This document shows, piece after piece, positions 1-12,532 of a DNA stretch of 64,000 bases. The notes beneath the pieces were generated by a model, which worked only from the letters and a program-made list of their open reading frames with translations, had not been told where the DNA came from and did not search any database. The DNA lies in assembly GCA_049519355.1 (NCBI GenBank), contig JBEKQV010000002.1, positions 3,479 through 67,478 of the forward strand, given 5' to 3'. The first letter of the stretch is position 1; every line of letters starts with the position of its first letter. The stretch is from Candidatus Microgenomates bacterium. GTDB taxonomy: Bacteria > Patescibacteriota > Microgenomatia > UBA8517. A program made the position numbers and the translations under genes.

Positions 1-164
1 TAACTTTCGTCCTTTTGGACTCGTCAGTAGGGACACACATCCCTAAAGTTAGGTGCTTCTCATCAATCTTTCTTGTTTTTGATGAAGGGTGTTAGCACCG
101 TATCCCTAATTTATTTCAGCACCTTAGCCAATATGAAACGGCTTCAGCCGATAAGAAATAGCAT

Positions 165-386
165 TTAGCCTATAGAGTCCTTGCCACACTTGCGGCAATG
201 CAAGTGATGATGCCTTCCGGGCGTGCTGCAGATAACGGAGTGGCCGTTGCCCATTCCCGTTATGCAGAAGCTCGTTCCACCGTTCTTATGAATAATTGCG
301 CCAGCGCAGGACGTGATTTTTACATTCGTGCTTTTGCAAGCCGGACATTGGAATGTTTTCTTCATAACTACCCTCTTTCTTCCCAA
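165..386 (-). CDS. hypothetical small Cys/His-rich protein (CxxC ... HHHLHCRKCG); possible zinc-ribbon peptide
   Basis: 73-aa ORF in a locally GC-rich patch. Several Cys pairs and a His run suggest metal binding. A competing + strand ORF (198..404) and no recognisable family keep confidence low. Confidence 0.25.
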   Translation of the reverse strand: MGRKRVVMKKTFQCPACKSTNVKITSCAGAIIHKNGGTSFCITGMGNGHSVICSTPGRHHHLHCRKCGKDSIG

Positions 387-548
387 ATGGGAAACGAAAT
401 ATAATCTCTTAGTTTTTCACCAAGAGTTTGATTGATAATTGCCGACCTCACAGGCTAGGTATTAAGGACCGTTTGGTTAAAGTGCGTAAATGATTATAGG
501 TTGCAATACTGAGGAAGTCAAGGTTGTCATCCAGTTGTGTTTTTAACT

Positions 549-887
549 TTAGTCTGAAGCTAACCTATTCATGAACCAGGTGACTAAGGAGAGAAGAATT
601 GAGGCGAAGAAAGCCGTCCAGAAGTTGGCGATCTCAAACCCCGGTATAATTTTTGATGTTCCCCAAAGAAGAAGAACGTTAATAAGGAGTGCCGTTATTC
701 CCAGAGTCAAAATAGAAATGGGAAGGGTAATGAGTTGGAGAACGGGCCTTATTAAAGTGTTTACAATACCTATGGCTATTGCCGCAATGATTGCCGTCCA
801 GATACTCGCCAGGTGGAATCCCGGGACCAGATATTCGACGACGAAAAGCGCTACAACGCTAACAAGAAGTCTCCATATGAGTTTCAT
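549..887 (-). CDS. DUF360 / phage-holin-superfamily-IV (YvlD-like) 4-TM membrane protein
   Basis: Hydrophobic 112-aa protein. Pattern LVPGFH...W.A...A...GIVN..IRP.L.L.TLP...LTLG...L.IN.L.LW...IPGF.I..FW.A is the typical two-half signature of the YvlD/DUF360 family. Confidence 0.6.
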   Translation of the reverse strand: MKLIWRLLVSVVALFVVEYLVPGFHLASIWTAIIAAIAIGIVNTLIRPVLQLITLPISILTLGITALLINVLLLWGTSKIIPGFEIANFWTAFFASILLSLVTWFMNRLASD

Positions 888-945
888 ATTCCAGTTTTAA
901 GTATTAATTTTTTTCCGACAAAAGTCAACAGAGAAGGAAATGTAC

Positions 946-3066
946 TTAAGCAACTGCTTTTTGGGAGCGGATGAGAGAGTAAACAACCAATCCTAAACCT
1001 ATCACAACAATTACCCAGTAAGTCGGACCAAAATTTTTAATTGTAATAATAACCGGTGCGATTAGAAGTGCCACCAAATTCATTACTTTAATTAACGGAT
1101 TGAGAGCGGGCCCAGAAGTATCCTTAAGAGGATCCCCTACTGTATCGCCAACCACTGCGGCTTTGTGTTCATCACTTCCCTTTCCACCAGCGGCGCCTGC
1201 CTCGATGGTCTTCTTTGCATTATCCCAAGACCCACCGGCATTGCTCATGAATACGGCCAAAAGCTGGCCTGTAAGGATTGTTCCTGCAAGATATCCTCCG
1301 AGGGCCTCAGCGTGGAGCATTACACCAACCAAAATGGGTACAACGATTGCGATTAAGGCCGGGCTGACAAGGGCTGAAATTGCTGCCTTGGTGGTTAAAT
1401 CGACCACTCTGGCATAATCCGGTTTTTGGGTTCCTTTCATTATTCCCGGCATTTCCTTGAATTGACGTCTTACTTCTTTAATTACGGCAAAACAAGAATC
1501 TGAAACTGCCTTAATAGTCAGACTTGAGAAGAGAAAAGGAAGTGCGCCGCCTATAAGGAAACCGACAAATACCAATGGTTGGGCAACGTTTATTCCGCTT
1601 AAGTGTGTGCTTTGTAAATAGGATTCAAACAAAGAAACAGCGGCAATGACTGCCGAGGCAATTGCGAAACCCTTGGTTGTGGCTTTAGTTGTGTTTCCGA
1701 TCGAGTCGAGTTTATTTAAAATTCCAAGAGCTTTACCTTTCATTGCGGCCAGCTCGCTAATTCCCTGTGCGTTATCCGAGATGGGTCCGTAAGAATCCAT
1801 GGAAACGATAAGACCGGTTGTTGTCAGCATTCCCATTCCGGCAAGAGCTACTCCGTAAGCAGCCATCAGTGGATTACTAAAAAGAAGGAAGGAAACAAGG
1901 ATTGTTGCTCCGATTGCCAAAACTGCCCACACAGTTGAGGAAAAACCGTTTGTAAGACCGCTTAAGATTACTGTGGCCGGACCCGTTTGGCTTTGTCTTA
2001 CAATTTCTTTTACTGGTTTGTGGTCCCCCGTTGCATAGTCCGTAAGAAGAAATATGGCCACTGCTAAAACTATTCCCAAGGTTGTGGCAACCGCCAATCT
2101 CCAGTCATGAGCAATATATATAGCAAGTCCAAAAAATCCGGCAATGGAAAATATACTTGCGACTCCGAAGCCCTTAAGAATTGCGTTCATTCCGTCCTTG
2201 ATTGAATTTTTGTTTTTGGGGTTAATTGAAAAGATTCCCAACATTGAAGTTACAATTCCGAGAGCTCTAACCGCCAAAGGAAAAAGAACCCCCGCGATTC
2301 CGAAAGTTGCGGCGCCCAAAATCATTGCGGCGACAAGAGTTACTTCGTATGACTCAAAAATATCTGCGGCCATTCCGGCACAATCTCCGACATTGTCCCC
2401 TACCTGGTCGGCTATCACGGCAGCATTTCTGGGATCATCTTCAGGAATGTCCTCCTCGACTTTTCCTACCAAATCAGCCCCGACATCAGCGGCTTTCGTA
2501 TAAATTCCTCCTCCCACCCTCATAAAAAGAGCTAATAAACTTCCCCCGAAACCGAATCCGACCAAGACTTCGGTTGCCTGTAATCCGTAGTGCCAATAGA
2601 TTAATGTTGCTCCCAAAAGCCCCAAACCTACCGTTAGCATTCCTGTTGTTGCGCCTGCTTTAAGTGCCAAAGAAAGGGCATCTCCGAAGCTTTTGGTTGC
2701 TGCCTGGGCTACTTTTACATTTGATCTTGTTGCAATATTCATTCCGATTGTACCGATTGTTGCCGAGAAGATTGCACCCATAAGAAAGGCTATGGTTCTT
2801 CCCAGAGCTGGAGATCCGGCGGGGGCGCTTATATAAAGGAATACTGCCAGAACTACAATTATGGGGGCAATTGTTTTGAATTGTCTTTTGAGGTATGCAT
2901 TGGCACCAGTTTGAACCGCTTTGCTTACCTCTTCCATTTTTTCATTGCCTTTTTCCTGACTTAGTGCGTATTTGGCTAACCCTAGGCCTACAAGGATTGC
3001 CGCGATGGCGGAAGTTAAAATGATTGTTAAGAACGAACCTGTTGCAAACATCTTGTTATCAAACAA
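946..3066 (-). CDS. hppA: K+-insensitive membrane pyrophosphate-energized proton pump (H+-PPase)
   Basis: 706-aa polytopic protein with the hallmark GDNVGDCAGMAADIFESYEV motif and the DVGADLVGKVE motif of V-type H+-pyrophosphatases. Confidence 0.95.
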   Translation of the reverse strand: MFDNKMFATGSFLTIILTSAIAAILVGLGLAKYALSQEKGNEKMEEVSKAVQTGANAYLKRQFKTIAPIIVVLAVFLYISAPAGSPALGRTIAFLMGAIFSATIGTIGMNIATRSNVKVAQAATKSFGDALSLALKAGATTGMLTVGLGLLGATLIYWHYGLQATEVLVGFGFGGSLLALFMRVGGGIYTKAADVGADLVGKVEEDIPEDDPRNAAVIADQVGDNVGDCAGMAADIFESYEVTLVAAMILGAATFGIAGVLFPLAVRALGIVTSMLGIFSINPKNKNSIKDGMNAILKGFGVASIFSIAGFFGLAIYIAHDWRLAVATTLGIVLAVAIFLLTDYATGDHKPVKEIVRQSQTGPATVILSGLTNGFSSTVWAVLAIGATILVSFLLFSNPLMAAYGVALAGMGMLTTTGLIVSMDSYGPISDNAQGISELAAMKGKALGILNKLDSIGNTTKATTKGFAIASAVIAAVSLFESYLQSTHLSGINVAQPLVFVGFLIGGALPFLFSSLTIKAVSDSCFAVIKEVRRQFKEMPGIMKGTQKPDYARVVDLTTKAAISALVSPALIAIVVPILVGVMLHAEALGGYLAGTILTGQLLAVFMSNAGGSWDNAKKTIEAGAAGGKGSDEHKAAVVGDTVGDPLKDTSGPALNPLIKVMNLVALLIAPVIITIKNFGPTYWVIVVIGLGLVVYSLIRSQKAVA

Positions 3067-3127
3067 AAGGACTCGGTTTATTGAGTCCTAGGCATATTTT
3101 AGAAAGTGTATATAATTTGTCAATAAC

Positions 3128-3730
3128 ATGTTAACAATAACACCGGTCAAGGGAGAAGACGGAGACATTGTTTCCATGAAGCTTGTCCATGGTTGTAAGG
3201 TTACTCTTGTCGGGGAAAAGGATAAGGGGAAAATTATAGAAAACTGTGACGGTCTTGTCACAAATACTCCGGAGGTTTCATTAAGACTCTCTGCCGCGGA
3301 TTGTATCCCGGTTTCACTATACGACCCCATTACTAATAGTATTGGTCTTATACATGCCGGTTGGCGGGGACTATATAAGGGAGTAATCGACAGTGCAGTT
3401 TCTCTGATGGAGAAAAAGTTAAAAGTCAGATGTACCGGGTTGGTTGTTTTTATTGGTCCCTATATTTGTCAAAAACATTATGAAGTCAAAGACGATGTCT
3501 ACACGCTTTTTGCCGGTTATACCGAATCTTTGAAAAGAACCGGAAGAAAAACTTTTTTGGATTTAGGAGGAGTTGCAAAGAAACAACTAATAAATGCCGG
3601 AGTTAAACCGGAAAAAATCTTTTTTGATGGGCGTTGTACGTATGAGGACAGAAATTTATTTTCCTTTAGGAGGGGCGACGTCGGCAAATACATGTACTAT
3701 ATTCTAAAAATTCCCCGAAACTCCTCTTGA
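3128..3730 (+). CDS. pgeF: peptidoglycan editing factor PgeF / YfiH (purine nucleoside phosphorylase, polyphenol-oxidase-like, DUF152)
   Basis: 200 aa with motifs ADCIPV, IHAGWRG and C..HYEV that are characteristic of the YfiH/PgeF family. Confidence 0.85.
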   Translation: MLTITPVKGEDGDIVSMKLVHGCKVTLVGEKDKGKIIENCDGLVTNTPEVSLRLSAADCIPVSLYDPITNSIGLIHAGWRGLYKGVIDSAVSLMEKKLKVRCTGLVVFIGPYICQKHYEVKDDVYTLFAGYTESLKRTGRKTFLDLGGVAKKQLINAGVKPEKIFFDGRCTYEDRNLFSFRRGDVGKYMYYILKIPRNSS

Positions 3731-3783
3731 CAGAAGGTTTGTCATGACACAATACTGATATTAGAACCGGGGAGGTGAAAGTT

Positions 3784-3993
3784 ATGGCCAGATCAAAAAG
3801 AACGAGAAAAACTGCCAGAAGGGTAACTAGAAGGACAACTCAAAAGTACACTGCGGCCCACAACCTAAGCTTACTTATGATTATTCTTGCTTTAATAGTT
3901 TTTGCTTTAGCGGCTTACACAATGAGTCTGAGTAACAGTAATCAAACGCCGGCTCCTATTGTGACAACAACTCCTGCTTCCGTCTCAAAATAA
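3784..3993 (+). CDS. small membrane-anchored protein (basic N-terminus, one TM helix, Thr/Pro-rich tail)
   Basis: ORF track start is 3775. The ATG at 3784 is preferred because GGAGGTG lies 6 nt upstream. No family recognised. Confidence 0.4.
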   Translation: MARSKRTRKTARRVTRRTTQKYTAAHNLSLLMIILALIVFALAAYTMSLSNSNQTPAPIVTTTPASVSK

Positions 3994-4059
3994 TTATTTT
4001 CGGCAAGTTTGTTTTACCTATTGACAGGGTCTGAGAATGGGCTGAATATATATTTAAGT

Positions 4060-4779
4060 ATGGCTAAGTTAAACTCTTCCGCCAAAAAATCATTTTTGGT
4101 TATTCTTGTTATTTTTATTTCGGCAATAGTCATTGCAGGAGCTTATTATCTTGCCACTAATCAGTTTCTCTTCAGACCACATGCATCAAACGCGACCCAA
4201 AGTGCAACAGGCGTCCTTCTTAAAAGAGGAACAACGGCATTTGCACCTTGTGCTCCTCATGTAACGACGCCTTACGCTATGGCCGGAGGTGTAGCAACTC
4301 AGTTTGGAAATAACAGCGGTTGTTTGCCAATTATAGCCAACGCTTCCCTAGCGGATCCTTTTGTGGGGAAAAGAGTAACAATAAGCGGTGTATATCAGAT
4401 TACGGGTGTTCCAACATCACAACCAACCATCGGACCGGCTCAAACTGGTTCTAAAGGTAGTGAAAGTATAGTCGGCGGTAGTAATAATAAACTGACACCG
4501 GCTAATCAAGCGAACGGTGGTGGAATTTTCTATGCGACTACTATAGTTGACGCCTCCAACGTGGTTCCGCTTCCGGGTCCCAATCAACCGAAAATAACTC
4601 CAAAACCGGTTCCGACAGCTATACCTTGTGTAGGTTTGCACTCCGGTGCGGCTTGCGATCCTAAAGCAACAAGTCCTACACAAAAGTGTTGTGCGCCCGA
4701 TTCTTGTACAGGTGTTTGGAATGGAAAAACAGGGCAAACGACTAATTACACTTGCTTCTATGGTGTGAGGGCATTATAG
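4060..4779 (+). CDS. secreted/membrane-anchored Cys-rich hypothetical protein
   Basis: TTGACA-N17-GAATAT promoter-like sequence sits inside the 5' end of the called ORF (4009), so the start at MAKLNSS (4060) is preferred. Signal-anchor helix and a C-terminal Cys cluster. Contains an IVGGSNN motif shared with the next gene. Confidence 0.45.
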   Translation: MAKLNSSAKKSFLVILVIFISAIVIAGAYYLATNQFLFRPHASNATQSATGVLLKRGTTAFAPCAPHVTTPYAMAGGVATQFGNNSGCLPIIANASLADPFVGKRVTISGVYQITGVPTSQPTIGPAQTGSKGSESIVGGSNNKLTPANQANGGGIFYATTIVDASNVVPLPGPNQPKITPKPVPTAIPCVGLHSGAACDPKATSPTQKCCAPDSCTGVWNGKTGQTTNYTCFYGVRAL

Positions 4780-4795
4780 AGAACCCATAAGATAT

Positions 4796-5086
4796 ATGGC
4801 TAAAAAAACTGCTGAACTTAATTCAAGAAACTTATTAATAGTTGTTTTTTTGGTTTTGGTTTTGGTGGTTGTTGCCTACCTTTTGACTTCAGGCAAGTTA
4901 GCTCTTTATAAATCCGGTGCTTCCAGTGTTTACACAGTACCCAAGGCGGGAATAGTAGGTGGGTCGAACAACAGGGCGCAAATCGTTGGCGGATCGAATC
5001 TTAATATACAAGTTAAGGCGACTATTAAACCCATTGCCAAACCGACAATTGCTCCATCAAACGTAAAAAAAGCCACGGCTTATTAA
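4796..5086 (+). CDS. small membrane-anchored protein with repeated IVGGSN motif
   Basis: 96 aa with an N-terminal TM helix. GIVGGSNNRAQIVGGSNLN repeats the motif seen at the C-terminus of the preceding gene. Confidence 0.4.
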   Translation: MAKKTAELNSRNLLIVVFLVLVLVVVAYLLTSGKLALYKSGASSVYTVPKAGIVGGSNNRAQIVGGSNLNIQVKATIKPIAKPTIAPSNVKKATAY

Positions 5087-5100
5087 TTTTTCTTTGAAGT

Positions 5101-7633
<2,533 letters not shown>

Positions 7634-7737
7634 TGAGGATATCAGTATCTGATTTTAGGTAGGAACTGTCAATATGTTTGGAGCGTACTCGATCCTGTCT
7701 GGGTTGTTTTGATTGTCCCAGACAGGATCTTCGTTCT

Positions 7738-8178
7738 TTAGTGGCCTGTGACCTCGACTTGGTAATTGACCGGTTTGGTGTCGTAGGACAGTGAACAAAC
7801 GGAGGTTGCAACACCTCCTGTCACCAAAAGGGTGAAGGTCTTATCACTGTTCGGTCCGCTTACTTGTCCCTCATCTGGGTAACTATTAGTGTAGTAATAG
7901 TTACTTAGCTGCAGGGTCAGAATTCCGCCGTTGGTTGAAACCACTGGTGCCGTGTTCGTGTACACTGTGTAGGCGGTGGAAGTCGTTGTACCTAAAAACT
8001 GTTCAGGTCCAAAATGTATTTGTTCTGCCAGTGATGGGCAGTTGCTCAGATCGACCCGGTATGCCAGGGTCAGTTTAATCGCTGGCTGTTGCGCCGCGAC
8101 AGGTGCACCTCCGCAGGCGGAGAGCACGAACACCAGGCAAAGCGCGATCATTGCGATTCCGTACAGTTTCTTATTCAT
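7738..8178 (-). CDS. lipoprotein (signal peptide with lipobox LSAC)
   Basis: The internal Met gives MNKKLYGIAMIALCLVFVLSACGG, a typical lipoprotein signal. The upstream 25 codons of the called ORF are probably not translated. Confidence 0.5.
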   Translation of the reverse strand: MNKKLYGIAMIALCLVFVLSACGGAPVAAQQPAIKLTLAYRVDLSNCPSLAEQIHFGPEQFLGTTTSTAYTVYTNTAPVVSTNGGILTLQLSNYYYTNSYPDEGQVSGPNSDKTFTLLVTGGVATSVCSLSYDTKPVNYQVEVTGH

Positions 8179-8381
8179 TCCGATCTCCTTTTTAGGTCTT
8201 TCAGGTATGAAAAGGTGTGCACTAGGCCAAATATTGATTTGTCCAAAGAACAAGCTATTATAGGATATCCAAGGCTAAAAGTCAAGTTTGTCATCAGCTT
8301 GCAGAAGATGTACGACGTTGGAATTATAGGGTAATGTTCAGATGAGATGATTTTAACATTTTGTCATTTTGCCGGTTGGAC

Positions 8382-8410
8382 TTGCGAGAACGATGAAAAT
8401 TCGGCATAAT
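8382..8410 (+). promoter_or_regulatory. candidate sigma70-like promoter for the type IV pilus operon (TTGCGA-N17-CATAAT)
   Basis: A -35/-10 pair with 17-nt spacing lies about 25-45 nt upstream of pilB. A second TTGACT element is at 8421. Confidence 0.3.
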
Positions 8411-8430
8411 AAGTTAGCCGTTGACTGTCA

Positions 8431-10188
8431 GTGGTTAACGGAAATATTTATATGCCCACTGCCCAGCCGGTTCAGTCTGATCAAAGTCTTCCAAACGGAA
8501 CTCTTGTTGATGTATTGGTTTCCATGGGGGCAATTGATGCCGCACGAGCCCAGCAGGTTAAAACTGCTGAAATTCAGAGCGGTTCTACCCAGGAAGATAT
8601 TATTAGAAAAGGGGCAATGGTTCCTGAGGATAAACTGGTTCAGGCAAAGGCACAACTTTATAATATTCCTTATGTTGATTTGGCAACGATACCCGTTGCA
8701 CCTGCAGCACTTTCGGCGCTTCCCTCGGAGGTTGCGGACCGCTTCAAGGTCTTTCCGGTAAGTGTTGATGCTAAAGATAAAAGCATGATCCTTGCCATGG
8801 CTGATCCTTTGGACCTTTCAGCGATTGAGTTTATCGAACAAAAGACGGGAATGCATATTAAACCCCGGGCGGCGCTTGCGTCTCAGATTGAAGATTTTAT
8901 ACGTACCCGCTATACAACTTCTTTGACTCAGGAGGTAACGGCGGCTCTTAAGGAAGTTGAGCCGGAAGAAAAAGAGGCGATTAGTCTTGAGACGGGCAGA
9001 GGGGGCTTTATTCGTGAAGAAAAAATCGCCCAGATAGTTAGCCAAATTCTGGATTTTGCCATCAAGTCGCGGGCATCCGATGTCCATATCGAACCTCAGG
9101 AAGGCAGTACCCGCGTGCGTTACCGCATAGACGGAATATTGCAAGAAAAGCTTTCAATTCCCAGGGAGCTCCACGACGCGCTTATTTCAAGAATTAAGAT
9201 ACTTAGCGGGATGAAGATAGATGAAAAAAGAATTCCGCAGGACGGAAGATTTAATTTTAAAGGGGAGGAAGAGGAGGTTGATCTGCGTATTTCATCCCTA
9301 CCGACGACATGGGGAGAAAAGATTGTTATGAGGCTTCTTAAAAAAAGCGGCGGAGTTCCAAGCCTTCTTGACCTGGGGCTAAGGGGCAGGGGTCTTAAGA
9401 ATCTTCAAGATTCGATTCTCAGGCCTCACGGAATAATTCTAATTTGCGGGCCCACTGGTTCCGGAAAAACTACCACTCTTTACTCCGTAATCTCTATGCT
9501 TAATACTTCCAAAGTTAATATTGTGACTTTGGAGGACCCTATCGAATATAAGATTCCAGGAGTAAATCAGGTACAGATTAATCCGGCGGTAGGGCTAACC
9601 TTTGCATCAGGACTAAGGTCTTTTCTTAGACAAGACCCAAATATTATTCTTGTCGGAGAAATTCGCGACCATGAAACTGCCGATTTGGCTATACAAGCGG
9701 CTTTGACGGGACACCTTGTTTTTTCAACACTTCATACAAATGACGCTTCAGGCGCTCTTCCGCGCCTTCTGGATATGGGTGCGGAGCCGTACCTTTTGGC
9801 ATCCAGTATGACTTGTATTGTTGCCCAAAGAGTTGTTAGGAAGATTCACGAGGATTGTAAAGAATCATATGTCCCCGATCCCAAAGTCGTAGCCGAAATG
9901 AAGACCGACTTGGGAAATCTCTGGCAACCGCAGGGAGAAGTTAAATTATTTAAAGGAAAGGGAGATCCCGATTGCGGCAACTCGGGTTACTACGGTAGAA
10001 TCGGAATTTTTGAAGTTCTTCCGGTTACGGAAAAAATCGGCAAGCTCATTCTGGAACGGTCTTCCGCCACCGATATCGACACCGAAGCCCGGGGTGAAGG
10101 AATGATTACTCTTAAGCAGGACGGTTATTTGAAAGCGGTTGAGGGAATAACAACGGTTGAGGAAGTTCTTAGGGTTGCCCAAGAGTAA
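8431..10188 (+). CDS. pilB: type IV pilus assembly ATPase PilB (GspE family)
   Basis: N-terminal GspII_E N domain (IPYVDL), Walker A GPTGSGKTTTLYS, Asp box, His box and a tetracysteine motif (C..C...C..C). The start could instead be the ATG at 8452. Confidence 0.9.
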   Translation: MVNGNIYMPTAQPVQSDQSLPNGTLVDVLVSMGAIDAARAQQVKTAEIQSGSTQEDIIRKGAMVPEDKLVQAKAQLYNIPYVDLATIPVAPAALSALPSEVADRFKVFPVSVDAKDKSMILAMADPLDLSAIEFIEQKTGMHIKPRAALASQIEDFIRTRYTTSLTQEVTAALKEVEPEEKEAISLETGRGGFIREEKIAQIVSQILDFAIKSRASDVHIEPQEGSTRVRYRIDGILQEKLSIPRELHDALISRIKILSGMKIDEKRIPQDGRFNFKGEEEEVDLRISSLPTTWGEKIVMRLLKKSGGVPSLLDLGLRGRGLKNLQDSILRPHGIILICGPTGSGKTTTLYSVISMLNTSKVNIVTLEDPIEYKIPGVNQVQINPAVGLTFASGLRSFLRQDPNIILVGEIRDHETADLAIQAALTGHLVFSTLHTNDASGALPRLLDMGAEPYLLASSMTCIVAQRVVRKIHEDCKESYVPDPKVVAEMKTDLGNLWQPQGEVKLFKGKGDPDCGNSGYYGRIGIFEVLPVTEKIGKLILERSSATDIDTEARGEGMITLKQDGYLKAVEGITTVEEVLRVAQE

Positions 10189-10194
10189 AAAAAT

Positions 10195-11250
10195 ATGGAT
10201 ATCAAACAACTGATGCAAAATGTAGTTGACGCCAAGGCCAGTGACCTGCATCTTATTACGGGAGTGCCTCCAATGCTTAGAATTGACGGTCAGCTCGCGC
10301 CTGTTCCGGGAATCGGCGTTTTAACCCCCGATGTTATCGGCGAACTTCTTAAAGAAGTTTTGTCCGCCGAGCAACTTGAGCGGCTTACCGTTAATAAAGA
10401 ACTTGATTTTTCTCTCCCCTTCTCCGATAAAGGCAGGTTTAGAATTAATGCTTACACCCAGAAAAATTCCCTCTCTGCAGCATTTAGGTTAATTCCTTTG
10501 ATTATTCCATCAATAGAATCGCTTGGCCTTCCCGCGCTTTTACATTCGTTTACTACCCTTAGACAGGGTTTTGTCCTGGTGACTGGCCCGACAGGTCACG
10601 GCAAGTCCACAACTTTGGCTGCTATGCTTCAGGAGATAAACCAGACCCGCGCGACTCATATAGTTACAATTGAAGATCCGATCGAGTTTGTTTTTAATCC
10701 GGTTAAGTCAATTATTTCTCAAAGAGAAATGCACGGAGATACCCATTCTTGGGAAATAGCTCTCCGGTCTGTTCTTAGAGAGGATCCTGATGTTGTCCTT
10801 GTGGGTGAGATGCGTGATTACGAAACAATAGCGGCTGCTCTGACTGTTGCCGAAACGGGACATCTGGTTTTTGCGACGCTTCATACCAACTCGGCTGCGC
10901 AGACTGTCGATAGGATTGTTGATGTCTTTCCCGAGGAACAGCAAGATCAAGTTAAACTTCAGTTAAGTAATGTTCTTGAGGCGGTGTTTTCCCAAAGATT
11001 AATTCCTTCGATCACAAAAGGTAGAGTTGTTGCATATGAGGTTATGTTGGGTACTACCGCGATAAAAACCGCAATCCGTGAAGGTAAAACTCATCAGATT
11101 GAAAGTATTTTGGAAACCTCGCAGGAGGCGGGAATGAGTACTTTGGAAAAATCCCTTGCCGATTTGGTGAAAAAGGGAATTGTGACTTTGGAAGTTGCAC
11201 AAGGTTGGTCGCTCCGCCCCGAAGAATTGACACGATTAGTTCGAAGTTAA
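10195..11250 (+). CDS. pilT: twitching motility retraction ATPase PilT
   Basis: 351 aa with SDLHL, Walker A GPTGHGKSTTL, and IVTIEDPIEF. Confidence 0.9.
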   Translation: MDIKQLMQNVVDAKASDLHLITGVPPMLRIDGQLAPVPGIGVLTPDVIGELLKEVLSAEQLERLTVNKELDFSLPFSDKGRFRINAYTQKNSLSAAFRLIPLIIPSIESLGLPALLHSFTTLRQGFVLVTGPTGHGKSTTLAAMLQEINQTRATHIVTIEDPIEFVFNPVKSIISQREMHGDTHSWEIALRSVLREDPDVVLVGEMRDYETIAAALTVAETGHLVFATLHTNSAAQTVDRIVDVFPEEQQDQVKLQLSNVLEAVFSQRLIPSITKGRVVAYEVMLGTTAIKTAIREGKTHQIESILETSQEAGMSTLEKSLADLVKKGIVTLEVAQGWSLRPEELTRLVRS

Positions 11251-12456
11251 ATGAAAAGGTTCAATTACAAAGCAAAGGACAAATTCGGAAAGCTCGTTGT
11301 TGGTGAAGTCGAGGCATCCAACCTAAATGACGCGGCGAGACTTGTTAAAGGGAAAGGCCTCTATGTAATTTCGATAAATTCAAAAATAGATTCTCCATTT
11401 GCCTTGATTCAGAGGTTCAGGGACAGGGTAACCCCATCCGATGTTGCCACTTTTACCCGGCAGCTTTCTACAATGATTAATGCAGGACTTCCAATTACCG
11501 AGGCTCTTTTAATTTTGAGAACTCAGTCAAAAGGATCGATGCAAAAAGTTGTAGCTCAAATTCTGGCCGATGTTGAAGCCGGTGAATCTTTTTCAAATTC
11601 CCTAAGCCGTCAGCCTAAACTTTTCGGCAAAACTTATATAGCTTTAGTAAAATCCGGAGAAGTCGGAGGAGTTCTGGATGCGGTGCTTCTCCGTTTGGCG
11701 GACAACCTTGAAAAGCAGGAGGAATTTGGAAGTCAGGTAAGAGGTGCATTAATTTATCCGACCATTATTATTGTCGGAATGATTATCGTAAGCATCGTGA
11801 TGATGATATTTGTAATTCCGCGGCTTTTGTCGCTTTATGCCGATTTTAATGCCACACTCCCCTTGCCCACACTTATTCTTATCGGCATTTCAAATTTCTT
11901 TATCAATTATTGGTTTATCGTTCTTATTCTTATTGGCGGGGGTTTATACGGTTTCAATTTGTATAGGGCAACTCCGATGGGAAGAAGAAAGATAGATGAG
12001 CTTATTTTTAAGATTCCTGTTTTCGGCAGTCTTCAGCGCCAGATTGTTTTGGCTGAACTTACACGCACGCTTTCTCTAATGGTTGGGGCGGGAGTGCCTA
12101 TTCTCGAAGCTTTAAATATAACCTCGGATGTTGTGGGTAATACCGTAATTTCCGATGCTCTTAAAGATTCTGCCATTCAGGTTGAAAAAGGATTCCCGAT
12201 TGCGTTTGCATTTTCCCGGCACCCCGAGGCATTTCCTTTTATTTTGAGCCAGATGGTGGCGGTTGGAGAAGAAACCGGAAAAATGGATGAAGTTTTGACT
12301 AAAATTAGCCATATTTTTGAAGTTCAAAGCGATGATGAAGTAAAAGGTTTAACTGCCGCAATTGAACCTATTGTAATGGTAATTCTAGGACTCGGAGTCG
12401 GTTTTTTGGTTATTGCCGTAATTCTCCCGATTTACAACCTTACAAGCCAACTTTAG
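11251..12456 (+). CDS. pilC: type IV pilus inner-membrane platform protein PilC (GspF family)
   Basis: 401 aa with a duplicated GspF domain and three TM segments. Start codon abuts the pilT stop. Confidence 0.9.
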   Translation: MKRFNYKAKDKFGKLVVGEVEASNLNDAARLVKGKGLYVISINSKIDSPFALIQRFRDRVTPSDVATFTRQLSTMINAGLPITEALLILRTQSKGSMQKVVAQILADVEAGESFSNSLSRQPKLFGKTYIALVKSGEVGGVLDAVLLRLADNLEKQEEFGSQVRGALIYPTIIIVGMIIVSIVMMIFVIPRLLSLYADFNATLPLPTLILIGISNFFINYWFIVLILIGGGLYGFNLYRATPMGRRKIDELIFKIPVFGSLQRQIVLAELTRTLSLMVGAGVPILEALNITSDVVGNTVISDALKDSAIQVEKGFPIAFAFSRHPEAFPFILSQMVAVGEETGKMDEVLTKISHIFEVQSDDEVKGLTAAIEPIVMVILGLGVGFLVIAVILPIYNLTSQL

Positions 12457-12532
12457 ATGATTAATATCTTCGATACGGTGTATTTGTGACCACTTGACAA
12501 GTTTATTTTGAGGGGCGATACTTAAATACAGG

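Noticed and set aside
51-100. Imperfect long hairpin GGUGCU-UCAUCAA...UUGAUGA-AGCACC near the window start
   Set aside because: There is no flanking gene in view to assign it to as a terminator and no recognisable RNA family, so it is noted only.
1100-2525. Several plus-strand ORFs (1100..1417, 2144..2503, 2307..2525)
   Set aside because: They are antisense to the well-supported hppA gene and have Pro/Ala/Ser-rich mirror composition.
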